This document shows positions 47,989 to 58,367 of a stretch of DNA of 64,000 nt, piece by piece (position 1 is the stretch's first letter; each line of letters starts with the position of its first letter). Below the pieces are notes generated by a model. The model was not told the origin of the DNA. It did not search any database and saw only the letters and a list, made by a program, of their open reading frames with translations. The position numbers and the translations under genes were made by a program. This stretch comes from an uncultured Spirochaetales bacterium (GTDB lineage Bacteria > Spirochaetota > Spirochaetia > CAYLLE01), in contig CAYLLE010000001.1 of the NCBI GenBank assembly GCA_964384485.1, forward strand, positions 40,589 through 104,588, read 5' to 3'.

Positions 47989-49647
47989 TCAGTCCATGGT
48001 ATTCAGATTGTATTGATCTCTGTATTCCTGGGGTGAAACACCGAAGGCCTTCTTAAAAAACCTGGTGAATGAATGAGATGAAAGATATCCTACTTCTTCT
48101 CCGATCTCCTTTATTTTCAGATCGTTTCTCTGAAGCAGTTCTTTGGCCCGGTCAAGTCTCCGGTCGGCAATATAGGTTGATAAATTGGTGCTTGTGACAT
48201 ACTTGAAAAACCGGGAAAGGTAGGACGGATTCATATGGACGATGTCAGCCAGCCGCACCAGGGACAGGTCTTCTCCCAGATTTGTATCGATATATTCCCG
48301 CAGTTTAAGTATTATGGCTCCCGACTGCTCCTGCTCCTGCTCGGATTGAAAAGTAAATATTTTATCACCCAGCTCATGTAGGAAGCGGACCGCGTCGTCC
48401 CAAGAGGAATGTGTGTGCAGATCGGTAAGATTCCCCATTATTTTTGATTCTAACTTTTTTTTCAGATTCCACCGGTTTATGTACCTCAGGTAAATTAGGG
48501 AGATGCTAAGATATATCTCCTGAGCATACGGGTTGTCCCACCGCTTAACTTGGGCAAGCGGCTCCAGCAGAGAACCGAGGTGCTGACGGAAGTTATCCCT
48601 GTCGCCGGTGTCCAGCATGTTTTCAAGCAGATTCACCTGACCCAGCTTTTCGAATGACGTACGGACTTCTCCAAGTTCCCCGTCGTCTTCCTGCCGGGCA
48701 AAAAGGTTTTGTTCGGTAATAATCATTTCCGTGCACAGTCCGAGCCTGCATCCTATCAGATGGTTCACCTCTTCGTATTTCTGCTGTATTTCCAGTATTG
48801 TAACCGGTGAATTGATCAGAAAAAAGGAGACTGTTTCACCCACAGACTTTTTAAGGGATGTCTGTATATATTCAAAAGCACCCTTGAGCCGGTTTAAATT
48901 CCGATCCTCCTCTATGTAATCAGAATCATACTGAAACAGCCAGATCATGCCGTTCCGTTTAAACTCCGCGTTTATATACCGGCTCCGGCCGGGTAAAAAT
49001 CTCTGCCCTAATGTTTCCAGGGAGTAAAGAAGGATATTCCGTCTTCTCCTGACTTTGTCGGTTGAACTTTCATCAAGATAACCGATGAACAAAAAAAACG
49101 GCCGGGCTATATCGATCGGTATACCCAGCTCGTCAAATTCTTCCTGGGAAATCCCGGTGACGGGTTTTATTCCGGTAAATAAATCGTAGAGAAACTTCCG
49201 GCGGATAACCGGAAGCGCGTTTTTAATTTGGCTCTGAGCTTCTTCCACAAGCTTCCGGTTATTAAGCTCTTCTTCTATCTCTTTTACTGCTTCCAGAACC
49301 TCCTGTATAATAACCTCATCCTCTTCCAGCTTCAGAAGATACCGCACTCCCTGATTCTTTATTGCCTTATATACATAATCAAATTCCTGATGTCCCGTAA
49401 GAAATACCACTTTGGCTTGAGGCCATTCGGACTTTATCTCCTCAAGCAGCTTTAGACCGGACATTCCCGGCATCCGGATGTCCGACAGTACAACATCGAT
49501 TTTGGTCCGGTACATCCAGTCCAGCGCTTCTTTCGCGTTATACGCCCGGAAGATATCCATATCGATCTCAGGAACATCACTGAATAGATCAGCAAGCCAG
49601 TCTACAATTTGTATTTCATCATCAACGATTAAGAGATTATATTTCAT
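47989..49647 (-). CDS. two-component response regulator, YesN-type (receiver + AraC-family HTH)
   Basis: Receiver motifs (LLIVDDE, DVVLSDIRMPGMSGL, TGHQEF). C-terminal AraC HTH (LSLVRLADIVHMNPSYLSRFFK). Confidence 0.85.
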   Translation of the reverse strand: MKYNLLIVDDEIQIVDWLADLFSDVPEIDMDIFRAYNAKEALDWMYRTKIDVVLSDIRMPGMSGLKLLEEIKSEWPQAKVVFLTGHQEFDYVYKAIKNQGVRYLLKLEEDEVIIQEVLEAVKEIEEELNNRKLVEEAQSQIKNALPVIRRKFLYDLFTGIKPVTGISQEEFDELGIPIDIARPFFLFIGYLDESSTDKVRRRRNILLYSLETLGQRFLPGRSRYINAEFKRNGMIWLFQYDSDYIEEDRNLNRLKGAFEYIQTSLKKSVGETVSFFLINSPVTILEIQQKYEEVNHLIGCRLGLCTEMIITEQNLFARQEDDGELGEVRTSFEKLGQVNLLENMLDTGDRDNFRQHLGSLLEPLAQVKRWDNPYAQEIYLSISLIYLRYINRWNLKKKLESKIMGNLTDLHTHSSWDDAVRFLHELGDKIFTFQSEQEQEQSGAIILKLREYIDTNLGEDLSLVRLADIVHMNPSYLSRFFKYVTSTNLSTYIADRRLDRAKELLQRNDLKIKEIGEEVGYLSSHSFTRFFKKAFGVSPQEYRDQYNLNTMD

Positions 49648-49703
49648 GTACTTTGAGATAGTTTAGCAGAGAAGTAAGGTTGTTATCAACGGCGGGATCT
49701 TTA

Positions 49704-50930
49704 TTACCGGACGGAATGACGGTAAACGTCCGGACCGAAATATTCCGGTATGTCATCCCCCCTGGTAACCGTAAAATCTTTTAGGTTAAGCCCTTCGATG
49801 TATTCAGCGTGAAGACCCGCGGTCTGATGCGTCACCACCTCCTGACCCGCGCCCGGTCGGCGGTCATAACAGCCGCCGGGATATTCCGTTCTCTTCTCTA
49901 AATGAAGACGCACATCTTTGATATTGATATCTTTAAGATGATTATCCGGCATACCCGCTAAATAGAAGCCGTTTTCGGCATTACAGTTAATGTTCATGAA
50001 AGTGATGTTCCTGATTTTACCGGTCCTGCCGCCCTCTTTCCGGGGAAACGCGGTGACATATACCGGTTCCGCCCTGCCCCACCAGCCGGGATATTTCAGC
50101 TCCGTGGTAACGATCATGTCGGAAAACATGATGTTCTCCATGGACCCTTGATCCCGAAGCTGAAGACCTATCCCCCTGTTACTCCCGGTAATAATACAGC
50201 CATGAACGGCCACATTCCGGATGTCATCGGTACTTTCGCTTCCCAGCTTAAACGCGCAGGAACTCGACCGCATAACGCAGCCTGTCACCGTTATGTTTTC
50301 CGATGGGCCCGCACCCGGTTCATGTCCGGTTGTTTTAATACAGATACAGTCATCTCCCGATTCAATATAGCAGTCACTTATCCGTACAAAGGATGAGTTA
50401 TCAATATCGATACCGTCTGTATTCGGAGCTTTGAGGCTGTTCAGAACCGTTACCCCGCTTATAACAACATCGGAGCATCCCGCGGCGGTCAACGCCCAAA
50501 AAGCGGAATTCCGTACGGAGATATCATGTAACCTGATATTACGGCATCGCCTGAATGCCAGGAGCTTCGGACGGGACCGGACAGCCCGGTACAGGTGGGG
50601 ATGTCCCGTATCCATGTAGCGCAAACCGTTTCCGTCGATGCTGCCTGTGCCGCTGATCCGGATATTTGATGCGTCGGCTGCTTCAATAACGCTGTCAAAC
50701 ACTCCCCCGCCCGCGGCAGGATTAGCCGCTATCCTGCTGCCGCCGGCTAATTCTACCTTAGTGTTGCTGTATATAATCAGTTTATCAATCAGGAATGTCC
50801 TGTCCGCAGGAAAAAACAGGGTGCCTCCCCCGATTTCCCTGCAGGCATCCGCTGCATTTTGACAGGCGGCGGTATCATTTACCTCGCCGTTTCCGGCGGC
50901 GCCGAATTCGGTTACATCAAATAAAGTCAT
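49704..50930 (-). CDS. GH28-like glycoside hydrolase / pectate-lyase-superfamily beta-helix protein (polygalacturonase/rhamnogalacturonase-like)
   Basis: The N-terminus matches FDVTEFGAAGNGEVNDTAACQNAADAC. GH28-type motifs include NTDGIDID, SGDDCICIK and HGCIITGS. The RIK-like motif is divergent (SNRGIGLQ). Confidence 0.6.
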   Translation of the reverse strand: MTLFDVTEFGAAGNGEVNDTAACQNAADACREIGGGTLFFPADRTFLIDKLIIYSNTKVELAGGSRIAANPAAGGGVFDSVIEAADASNIRISGTGSIDGNGLRYMDTGHPHLYRAVRSRPKLLAFRRCRNIRLHDISVRNSAFWALTAAGCSDVVISGVTVLNSLKAPNTDGIDIDNSSFVRISDCYIESGDDCICIKTTGHEPGAGPSENITVTGCVMRSSSCAFKLGSESTDDIRNVAVHGCIITGSNRGIGLQLRDQGSMENIMFSDMIVTTELKYPGWWGRAEPVYVTAFPRKEGGRTGKIRNITFMNINCNAENGFYLAGMPDNHLKDINIKDVRLHLEKRTEYPGGCYDRRPGAGQEVVTHQTAGLHAEYIEGLNLKDFTVTRGDDIPEYFGPDVYRHSVR

Positions 50931-50938
50931 GGAGAACC

Positions 50939-52285
50939 TTAATCCCGTAGTGCTGATCGCGGATCCAACAGTTCCGCGTCTTCCGGGGGAGCACCGAAGT
51001 CGGGGATCTTCATCAGTTCGCCTTCTTTTTTTGAGGAATCATGGGCTACGATGCCGGGGGCGTTATACCTGGCAGCAGCCCACACATGGTTAGGCGGCAG
51101 TTTCCCGGTGCGGAGCGATTCGAGAAAATCTACAACTAAAAACTGATGAGATCCGCAGTGTTTGTTCGGAAGTCCCACGAACTCCTTGGGCAGCCGATCG
51201 ACAGGATGGGCGGAGCAGACGCCTAGATGTTTCTTCCCGATATACTCTCTCGGCAGGTTTCCCAGATTCTGCTCATTTATTTCGACCCCGAAAAAATAAG
51301 AGTGCAGATCTGACACATCTTCATACCGGGGTTTTATGTATTTCTTCCGGTAGTCGAAACGGCCGCCCGCAGGATTTTCTTCAGTTTTATCCAGATGCAC
51401 CCACACGGCGGAATTCACCGTTACATTCCGGTAACCGCCGTTTTCGGCAGCTTCATACGCGGGGGCCCATTCGTAGGGGGCGGGCTGCTCCTCGTATGCT
51501 CCGTCTGTTCCGATAATAGACATCCGGGATTCCCCCGCGGCGGCTCTCCTGAACTCGTTTATCCTGGCTGTGCCCCCGTCGGCGGTCCGGAACAGCCCGG
51601 TCTGATTGCTGAACATATTATTCCAGCGGCTTAATTCCTCCCGGAAAATACCGTCCGGGTGATTATCTTTAAAACCAAAACAGGATACTTCGGTCATCCT
51701 GCTGAAGGTAACCGAAAGGATATGGGCAACCGAGTGTGTCGGATACAGCATCGGAGGGAAGCTGGCGCAGCTCTTCCAGTCGTCCTCATTACTTCCGTAA
51801 AATGGAGCATAGAACCGGTACATATCATGATAGTACTGACCTTCTCCGTACACAAACCGGCCGAAGTCTCCATCAGCGTACCTTTTCCGGCAGTAGATGG
51901 TCTGGGGCCGGTAGTAACTGGTTTCTCCGAGCATGTATAAAAGCCCCGTTTCTTTGACGGTATCCAGGAGCTCCTGGAGCTCTTCTAGAGTCACTGCCGC
52001 GGGCACGGCTGAATACACGTGCTTTCCGGCTCTTAACGCCTTCACCGCTTGAGGACAGTGTTTCCACCGCTGGGTGAATATTCCCACCGCATCCACATCG
52101 GTCTTGAGGAGCTGATCAAAATCTTCCACCGTATTCTCTATCCCGAATTCAGCTGAAGCTTTCTGCAGACGCTCCTTATCGAGGTCGGTTATAACAACAT
52201 TATCCACAAAGGGATGGGCCTGGAACAGCTGGAGGAACTGTTTTCCAAACCCGCCTAGACCGCACAGGCCGAATTTAATTCCCAT
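50939..52285 (-). CDS. Gfo/Idh/MocA family oxidoreductase, long form (448 aa)
   Basis: N-terminal Rossmann motif (FGLCGLGGFGKQFLQLF). It has a C-terminal extension relative to canonical ~340-aa members and no signal peptide. Confidence 0.7.
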   Translation of the reverse strand: MGIKFGLCGLGGFGKQFLQLFQAHPFVDNVVITDLDKERLQKASAEFGIENTVEDFDQLLKTDVDAVGIFTQRWKHCPQAVKALRAGKHVYSAVPAAVTLEELQELLDTVKETGLLYMLGETSYYRPQTIYCRKRYADGDFGRFVYGEGQYYHDMYRFYAPFYGSNEDDWKSCASFPPMLYPTHSVAHILSVTFSRMTEVSCFGFKDNHPDGIFREELSRWNNMFSNQTGLFRTADGGTARINEFRRAAAGESRMSIIGTDGAYEEQPAPYEWAPAYEAAENGGYRNVTVNSAVWVHLDKTEENPAGGRFDYRKKYIKPRYEDVSDLHSYFFGVEINEQNLGNLPREYIGKKHLGVCSAHPVDRLPKEFVGLPNKHCGSHQFLVVDFLESLRTGKLPPNHVWAAARYNAPGIVAHDSSKKEGELMKIPDFGAPPEDAELLDPRSALRD

Positions 52286-53120
52286 AATCTACTCCCGGAT
52301 GTAAAAATCTCATCAGATTCCGGCTGTAGATATTACTCCGGAATTCTTCACTTATCCTCAGTTCATCGTATATACGGTTGTCACGGTCCATTATCTCCCG
52401 TGTATAATGGGGCTTGTATTTATTGACCGAGTTGTCTGTTCCGAAAATGATATGCTCGGGCAGGTTATCTTCAAAAAGCGTTGTCAATTTAATGAGTACA
52501 TCTTTCCGGTATATTGGCGGAGTCCCGGGGGTCAAATCTATGTACATATTATATGAAGACTTAATCCCATTCCGCTCCCGGTATCTGGAAAGCCAGCGGG
52601 ATTTTCCATATACAGCAATGCATTCGTCACACCACGGCCAGGATACATGAGCCAGAGCGAATGTGATATCTTCGAGCTCACTCAGCGGTTCCCACCGGAT
52701 CGGTCTGCAGTAGTCTCCGGATACCGCCTTGTTGTAAAGAATACCGGAGTGGAACAGTATCGGTTTTCCCGCTTCACCGATCCGCCGGTATAGTTTTAGA
52801 GCCCTGGGGTCGTCCGGATAGAAGGAGTAACAGATAATTTTAAAACCCTTTATACCCGCGTCAAGGGCATATTCAACCTGGTTTCCGGCATCCTTCTCGG
52901 TTGGGTCGATGAAGAAAAAGGGATACAGGGTATTTTTAGCTGCCGTCAGTTCCAAAACCGATGAAATACGCTCTTTATAGTTCAAATCGGTGGGCATGTA
53001 GCCACTAGGGGGTATCGACATGATACAGCCGCCGTCAACCCCGGCTTCTTCCAAAGCACGGTAAAAAGAATCTCCATCGTAATCCATACTCCAAATATGC
53101 ATATGTCCGTCTAATATCAT
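52275..53120 (-). CDS. amidohydrolase-2 family metal-dependent hydrolase (TIM barrel; lactonase/decarboxylase-type)
   Basis: N-terminus ILDGHMHIW, with HSG and FGTD motifs. It overlaps the downstream Gfo/Idh/MocA start by 11 nt. Confidence 0.7.
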   Translation of the reverse strand: MILDGHMHIWSMDYDGDSFYRALEEAGVDGGCIMSIPPSGYMPTDLNYKERISSVLELTAAKNTLYPFFFIDPTEKDAGNQVEYALDAGIKGFKIICYSFYPDDPRALKLYRRIGEAGKPILFHSGILYNKAVSGDYCRPIRWEPLSELEDITFALAHVSWPWCDECIAVYGKSRWLSRYRERNGIKSSYNMYIDLTPGTPPIYRKDVLIKLTTLFEDNLPEHIIFGTDNSVNKYKPHYTREIMDRDNRIYDELRISEEFRSNIYSRNLMRFLHPGVDYGN

Positions 53121-53121
53121 C

Positions 53122-55029
53122 TTATGTTCCTTTCCGGCTCAGCTTTAAAATTGCCGCTTCCGCGCCTGGAATCCTGAGTGTTTGACTGTATTCACCGCGG
53201 AGCACTGCCGGCTGATCCCAATCGGTGTTAATCCTGATATTTTCAAACAGCTCTTCTGAAGAATAGTTAATAAGAAAAATGATAACGGTGTTCTCATCAA
53301 GATAATGTTCGGTAACACCGAGATATTTCGATTCTTTAATAACAGGCCGGGAGGCAATGACAGTCTTAAAAATACGGCGGTAGATCCGGTAAAACGGAAC
53401 AGCGTCTTCCCGGTAAACCGTTCCCGGAGATGTTATCACGTGTTTTTCCAGAGGCAATCCCAAGAAAACAACTTCACCTTTTCCAAACTTATTCCGTGAA
53501 CATACCGGATTACCCTCGGAATCGGAAAAAACCGTTTTACCCCCAGCTTCGCTTAAGAGAAGCCTGAAAGAAGAAGGGATTTCCATGGTACATCCATCAA
53601 TATCAAATGATCCCGGGGTATCGGGCTGATATCGGCCCTTTACCCTCATCCCCGTAACCTCATCAAATTCCGAGACGAATCCTCCGTCATAGGAGATATA
53701 GAGCAGGGCCCCGTCGGCGATCTTCCGTTTAAGTTCTTTCCAGAACCGTCCGGACATCACCTTGGTGCCGGAGATTCCAGGCAGAAGGTAAACATCAGAT
53801 TCTTTTAAGGGCTGTTCAATAGATTGATATTCAATATCAAATCCGGCCTGTTTTGCCAGAATAAAGGTTCCGAATCCGTTCCCCCACTGGTCCTGGTCCT
53901 GGGTGAGGATACAGACAGCGTGCCGATTGAACCGGGGAAGTACCGGGTGGGGAAACTCAGCGAGAAACCGGGAGAATTGTTTTACTTCCTCCGCCGCCTT
54001 TTTCGGCTGATCATCATGCTGGAATAATCCCAGCTGACGTTCCATAGCCACCCAGTCGTATGGGGGGTGGGTTAGAAGATTTTGATCATGATTACACCAC
54101 CACATCATGCCGAGACAGTCATGGGCGAAGAGAGAGAAGAGGTTATTTTTGATATACGTTCCGGAAGTTTCTTCATCCGCCACCATTGGTCCCAGGGTTC
54201 CCATCTCCTCCACAAAACACGGCTTTTCTCCCACGTCCCGGTAAAGTGATGTCTGAGCGGCAGGATGGAGAAAGGACCTCATGGTAGTCAGAGGATCCAT
54301 TTTGCAGTGAGGAGTAAAAATGGGATAGGGATGAGTCGTAAGATAATCGGTGAGCTCGCCCTGGTCAGGGAGAGTCCAGACTCCGTCGGATAGGACGGTC
54401 AAGCCGTGCATACCGGAAATGACGGGACGCTCCTGATCCGCGCTCCGGATGGCGCTGCTAACCGCGGCAGTCCAAAGCCAGGCTTGGTCCTGACCGGAAA
54501 CCCGGTCCATGCAGTTGCATTCATTTCCCAGATCCCATCCAAGGATTGATTCATCATTCCGGAAATATGAAACGAATTCCCTTACAAAACGCAGTTCCCA
54601 CTTGATAACCTCCGGATCAGTCAAAGCATTCCGTCCCCGGAATGCCGGAGGCATGAATAGTCTTCCGCTCATCCATCCGGTTATAAGTCCCACTATGGCT
54701 TTCATCCCCCGCCGGCGAAGCATATCAAGTAATTCGGAAAACCGGCCGAGATGTACTAGGGAAAGACCCGATTTTTCCGGTCCCCCCTCCGGAAGGGCGG
54801 TTTCACCGGTCCGGTATTCCTCAGGCTTATTCGCCGGACCGTACAGCCGGTCCAGGGGCTGGAAATCTGACCATAGGGGAAACACCCGCACCGTGGTAAT
54901 CCCTATCTCCGAAAGCAGGTCCAGATCTTTTTCTACCCGCCGTGGCTTCCAATCCGACCACATGGCCGTTCCGGCATGGGATGCCCAGTAATTCACTCCA
55001 AGAAAAAATCCGTTATTCTTCATTTTCAC
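53122..55029 (-). CDS. GH42-like/clan GH-A glycoside hydrolase with trimerisation-like middle domain and C-terminal beta-sandwich
   Basis: LGVNYW...VRVFPLWSDFQP TIM-barrel start. Acid/base NE (WDLGNECN). Putative nucleophile (FVEEMGTLGP). The middle domain has ILTQDQDQWGNGFGTFILAKQAGFDIEY. Confidence 0.55.
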   Translation of the reverse strand: MKMKNNGFFLGVNYWASHAGTAMWSDWKPRRVEKDLDLLSEIGITTVRVFPLWSDFQPLDRLYGPANKPEEYRTGETALPEGGPEKSGLSLVHLGRFSELLDMLRRRGMKAIVGLITGWMSGRLFMPPAFRGRNALTDPEVIKWELRFVREFVSYFRNDESILGWDLGNECNCMDRVSGQDQAWLWTAAVSSAIRSADQERPVISGMHGLTVLSDGVWTLPDQGELTDYLTTHPYPIFTPHCKMDPLTTMRSFLHPAAQTSLYRDVGEKPCFVEEMGTLGPMVADEETSGTYIKNNLFSLFAHDCLGMMWWCNHDQNLLTHPPYDWVAMERQLGLFQHDDQPKKAAEEVKQFSRFLAEFPHPVLPRFNRHAVCILTQDQDQWGNGFGTFILAKQAGFDIEYQSIEQPLKESDVYLLPGISGTKVMSGRFWKELKRKIADGALLYISYDGGFVSEFDEVTGMRVKGRYQPDTPGSFDIDGCTMEIPSSFRLLLSEAGGKTVFSDSEGNPVCSRNKFGKGEVVFLGLPLEKHVITSPGTVYREDAVPFYRIYRRIFKTVIASRPVIKESKYLGVTEHYLDENTVIIFLINYSSEELFENIRINTDWDQPAVLRGEYSQTLRIPGAEAAILKLSRKGT

Positions 55030-58000
55030 CTCATTTCCAATTCAACGGTTCCGATTTCCTGTTCTTTGATGTTCCATCCTTCCAAAGAAAGTGTTCCTTT
55101 TTCCACATTCGGTATTGGCCGGAGCAGGGAAAAATCAACAGTTATAATCTTTTCTTTTCCGGGAAGAAGATGAAAATAGTTATCGGAGAAGCAGATTACC
55201 GCTGTTCCATCCAATCCCGAAATACGGAAACCCGTAAGGAAGGATAAACTGTTCCCGGTGTTCCTCACCGAAAGTTTCAGCGATCCTTCAAGTCCGGAAT
55301 TAATCCGGATCCGGGAGTTTGCGCCAGTCACGCTTACATCGGTGCTCTCCAGCCATGATAATCCGGCAAGATAAGCTCCCTGCTGATCGTATTCCGCTAT
55401 CTTTGTTCGGATCCCCGCACCAGTTTGTTTCCGGATAAATATCCCTTCCGAGATACCGGTTACATTATCACCTGAAAGAACCACCTCAACAGTGTTTTCT
55501 TCTCCTGTTTTGACTAAATCCCGCGGAATGGGGTAAAAAACTTTAGTCAGATCAGGTGTCTTAAAAGGATCTGACTGAAACGGCCTGTCATCCTTTCCTT
55601 CCGTCTTTCCAACAGAAACACCATTAATGAAAATTTCATCATCTCCTTCTAAACCGGCCGAATAAACCTCCAGATCAGTTCCGGCAAATGACTCAGGTAT
55701 ATGAAATGATTTTTTGTAATAAACCGCGAATCCGGACTCGTTTCCGCCTGCCGCCTCCACGAGACCGCCGGAGAGTTCAAAAGTTCCTTCCTCGGGCTGT
55801 CTGACCCGGTATGGACGGCCGGGTATCTTTCCCGGCTGCCGGCTGTCTTCCGTTTTTTCGGTGCCGTACTGCAGGACCCAGTCATCCCCGGATAAATCGA
55901 TCCATTCAGCCGGACGCGCATAAGGAGAAGTTCCCATCCAGTACAGATTCTCCGCGGCCTGTCCATGTTCGGTCTCCAGCTGAAGGTAAAGAAAAAAAAC
56001 AGATTCAGGAATATCCGCCGGAACAACCGCGTCAAGATCAAATAGACGACACGGCGAGTCTTCTTTAAACTTTACATCTTCCTCTCTGCGGTAGATTTCT
56101 CTCATATCTTGCGTAAAAACAACCGCTTTCACGGCGGCCTTTATTTCACCCCCCGGCCCGTCGGCCGCTGCGTATATACCGGGGTTGAACAATTCATTTC
56201 CATCGTAAACATACTTTTCCATGTCCGCCAGTATCAGGAGGCCGGCCATGGACCGTTTATACGCGTAAAACGCCGGTTTCGGTTCACCGTACCAGTCGAT
56301 GAGTTCCCGGTGAAATGAAGGCCAGCTCCCGTTGAGCTGCCACTCCATGCAGCCCGAAGTCCGGTACATATTCTGCCGGCAGAATTCCATGTTATGCCGA
56401 TGAGTCTGGCCGTGTGTCAGATGACCCGCCATCAACCACCGCTTTTTGTCTCCCGCCGCGCCGTATTCCCGGGCGTCCCTTTCGATCTCATCCAGCTTAG
56501 CGTGATGATATTCCCATGCTTTCCGGTCGGGCGGCCAGACCTTATCCTTCCCGAGGAATCGGCGGATATGTTCTTCCGGCGGGGGGCTTCTACGCACGGC
56601 AATTTCGCTCCGGAAAAGCACAAGCCGTGAATCTCCCTCGAGAATATCGCCGTATTTATTTGTGGTCCGCCGGGGCAGCATCAGCAGCCCGCCGTGGCGG
56701 TCACCCCGGTAGGGAGACCCCCGGTGGAACGGCCTTGCCGGATCGTGGGTTCTGCAGACGGTTTCGATTTTATCAACCAAAGCCTTGTTTTCCAGTGAAT
56801 CGGGATTATATTCATTCCCCCCGCTCCACATTACCATGGAGGGATGATTCCGCAGAACTTTAACCATATCCGCTGCGCATTCGATAAAAGTATGATGAGG
56901 CATGGCGGGATATTTTGAGCAGGCAAGCCAAAACTCAGTCCATGTGAGAATTCCTTTCTGATCACAAAGGCGGTAAAACGTCTCGGTCTCGTGGATGCCA
57001 CCGCCCCAGACGCGGAGCATATTTATCCCGGCCTTCTCCGCCTGCTCCAGAAAAAGCCGATACCGTTCTTCGGAAAACCGGAACAGACTGTCGGTAGGAA
57101 GCCAGTTTGTCCCTTTAACAAATATTCTTTTCCGGTTTATGGTGAATGTCCACGGATATGGATCACCGGCATCCGCCCACGGCCTGTTAGTATGCCCACA
57201 GACTTTCTGAACCCACAAATCATCTTCATTCCGGATCATTTTTAATTCCCGTATTCCGAATTCGGTTTCGATCCGGTGGGAGACGATTCCCGCAGCATCT
57301 TCGGCGGTTATAACGGCAGTATATAGCGGCTGGTCACCCATTCCGTTTGGCCACCAAAGCCGGGGATTATCGATCCGGCCTTTCAGCGGTACAGCCGTTT
57401 TTTCCCCGGGGATAATAATTTGTTCCGTCTCACATGATGCTACCGGAACGTTATCTTTGAATATCCGGCACTTGAATGTATACTTTTTGTTTTCCTGCCC
57501 CTGTAACCCAGCGGTTACCGACACGTCTATATCAGCTCCGGATGCCTCATCATTATTATTCCAGGAGATTACATTCCTTATATAGGGATCCCGCAGAAAT
57601 ACAGGACCGGTTATCATTAATTTTACGGGTTTCCATATACCCACCGGAACGAGATGGGGAGCCCAGTTCCAGTAATATGAGAACGGCGCTGCCACTGCCG
57701 TGGACATGATGACCCGGCGTCCGATGTGACTCCCCGGATAATCCTGAGAAGCCATTTCCTGAGTCCTTATTCTTAAGGTGACGCGGTTTACTTCACCCGG
57801 GAAAACAAGATCAGTGATGTCGATAAACCACCGTTTAAACATCCCCTCGAGATAACCGGCATTAACCCCGTTAACCCAGAGCTCGGCCCGGTAGGTGATG
57901 CCCTCAAGGACCAGAACTGCCCGACCGGCGGGAGTGATTTCCGGGACAGCCGCGTCTTTAAAAAACCACCACTCCTTGTCCTCAATCCATTTTATCCGTT

Positions 58001-58202
58001 CCGGATTGTCTTCAAAGTACGGATCAGCTATTTTACCGGCACTGTACAGAGCGGCCTGGACAATTCCGGGAATATCAGCCTTTACCGGTTCGGCCGGTGT
58101 GTAATCCCGCTTGTAAAATCCCTTATTCAAACCTTCGGTGACATCCTGTCCTTCCATCAGCCAAGGACCGTCAAGATCAATTAAATTCGGATACTGCTTC
58201 AT
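55026..58202 (-). CDS. glycoside hydrolase family 2, beta-mannosidase-like (1058 aa, extra C-terminal domains)
   Basis: LDGPW start, WVNG, NPRLWWP, NMLRVWGGGIHE and MWSGGNEYNPD motifs are typical of GH2 beta-mannosidase/exo-beta-glucosaminidase. Confidence 0.8.
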   Translation of the reverse strand: MKQYPNLIDLDGPWLMEGQDVTEGLNKGFYKRDYTPAEPVKADIPGIVQAALYSAGKIADPYFEDNPERIKWIEDKEWWFFKDAAVPEITPAGRAVLVLEGITYRAELWVNGVNAGYLEGMFKRWFIDITDLVFPGEVNRVTLRIRTQEMASQDYPGSHIGRRVIMSTAVAAPFSYYWNWAPHLVPVGIWKPVKLMITGPVFLRDPYIRNVISWNNNDEASGADIDVSVTAGLQGQENKKYTFKCRIFKDNVPVASCETEQIIIPGEKTAVPLKGRIDNPRLWWPNGMGDQPLYTAVITAEDAAGIVSHRIETEFGIRELKMIRNEDDLWVQKVCGHTNRPWADAGDPYPWTFTINRKRIFVKGTNWLPTDSLFRFSEERYRLFLEQAEKAGINMLRVWGGGIHETETFYRLCDQKGILTWTEFWLACSKYPAMPHHTFIECAADMVKVLRNHPSMVMWSGGNEYNPDSLENKALVDKIETVCRTHDPARPFHRGSPYRGDRHGGLLMLPRRTTNKYGDILEGDSRLVLFRSEIAVRRSPPPEEHIRRFLGKDKVWPPDRKAWEYHHAKLDEIERDAREYGAAGDKKRWLMAGHLTHGQTHRHNMEFCRQNMYRTSGCMEWQLNGSWPSFHRELIDWYGEPKPAFYAYKRSMAGLLILADMEKYVYDGNELFNPGIYAAADGPGGEIKAAVKAVVFTQDMREIYRREEDVKFKEDSPCRLFDLDAVVPADIPESVFFLYLQLETEHGQAAENLYWMGTSPYARPAEWIDLSGDDWVLQYGTEKTEDSRQPGKIPGRPYRVRQPEEGTFELSGGLVEAAGGNESGFAVYYKKSFHIPESFAGTDLEVYSAGLEGDDEIFINGVSVGKTEGKDDRPFQSDPFKTPDLTKVFYPIPRDLVKTGEENTVEVVLSGDNVTGISEGIFIRKQTGAGIRTKIAEYDQQGAYLAGLSWLESTDVSVTGANSRIRINSGLEGSLKLSVRNTGNSLSFLTGFRISGLDGTAVICFSDNYFHLLPGKEKIITVDFSLLRPIPNVEKGTLSLEGWNIKEQEIGTVELEMR

Positions 58203-58296
58203 AAACAGTCATTGTACCGTCCGGATTCCGAGGATTCTATAGACATATTTTTACTTTGTTAGCCCGGTTTTACTTTATGGAACAGGGGAAGGGGAA

Positions 58297-58331
58297 ATAA
58301 AAAGGGCTTCCATTTTAAGGAAGCCTTTTTT
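58297..58331 (-). terminator. Rho-independent, bidirectionally structured terminator downstream of the small membrane protein gene.
   Basis: GGCTTCC-cattttaa-GGAAGCC hairpin flanked by A/T runs on both sides. Confidence 0.6.
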
Positions 58332-58367
58332 GAGAATAGGAATACTTATGTAAGAAATAATACGGTC

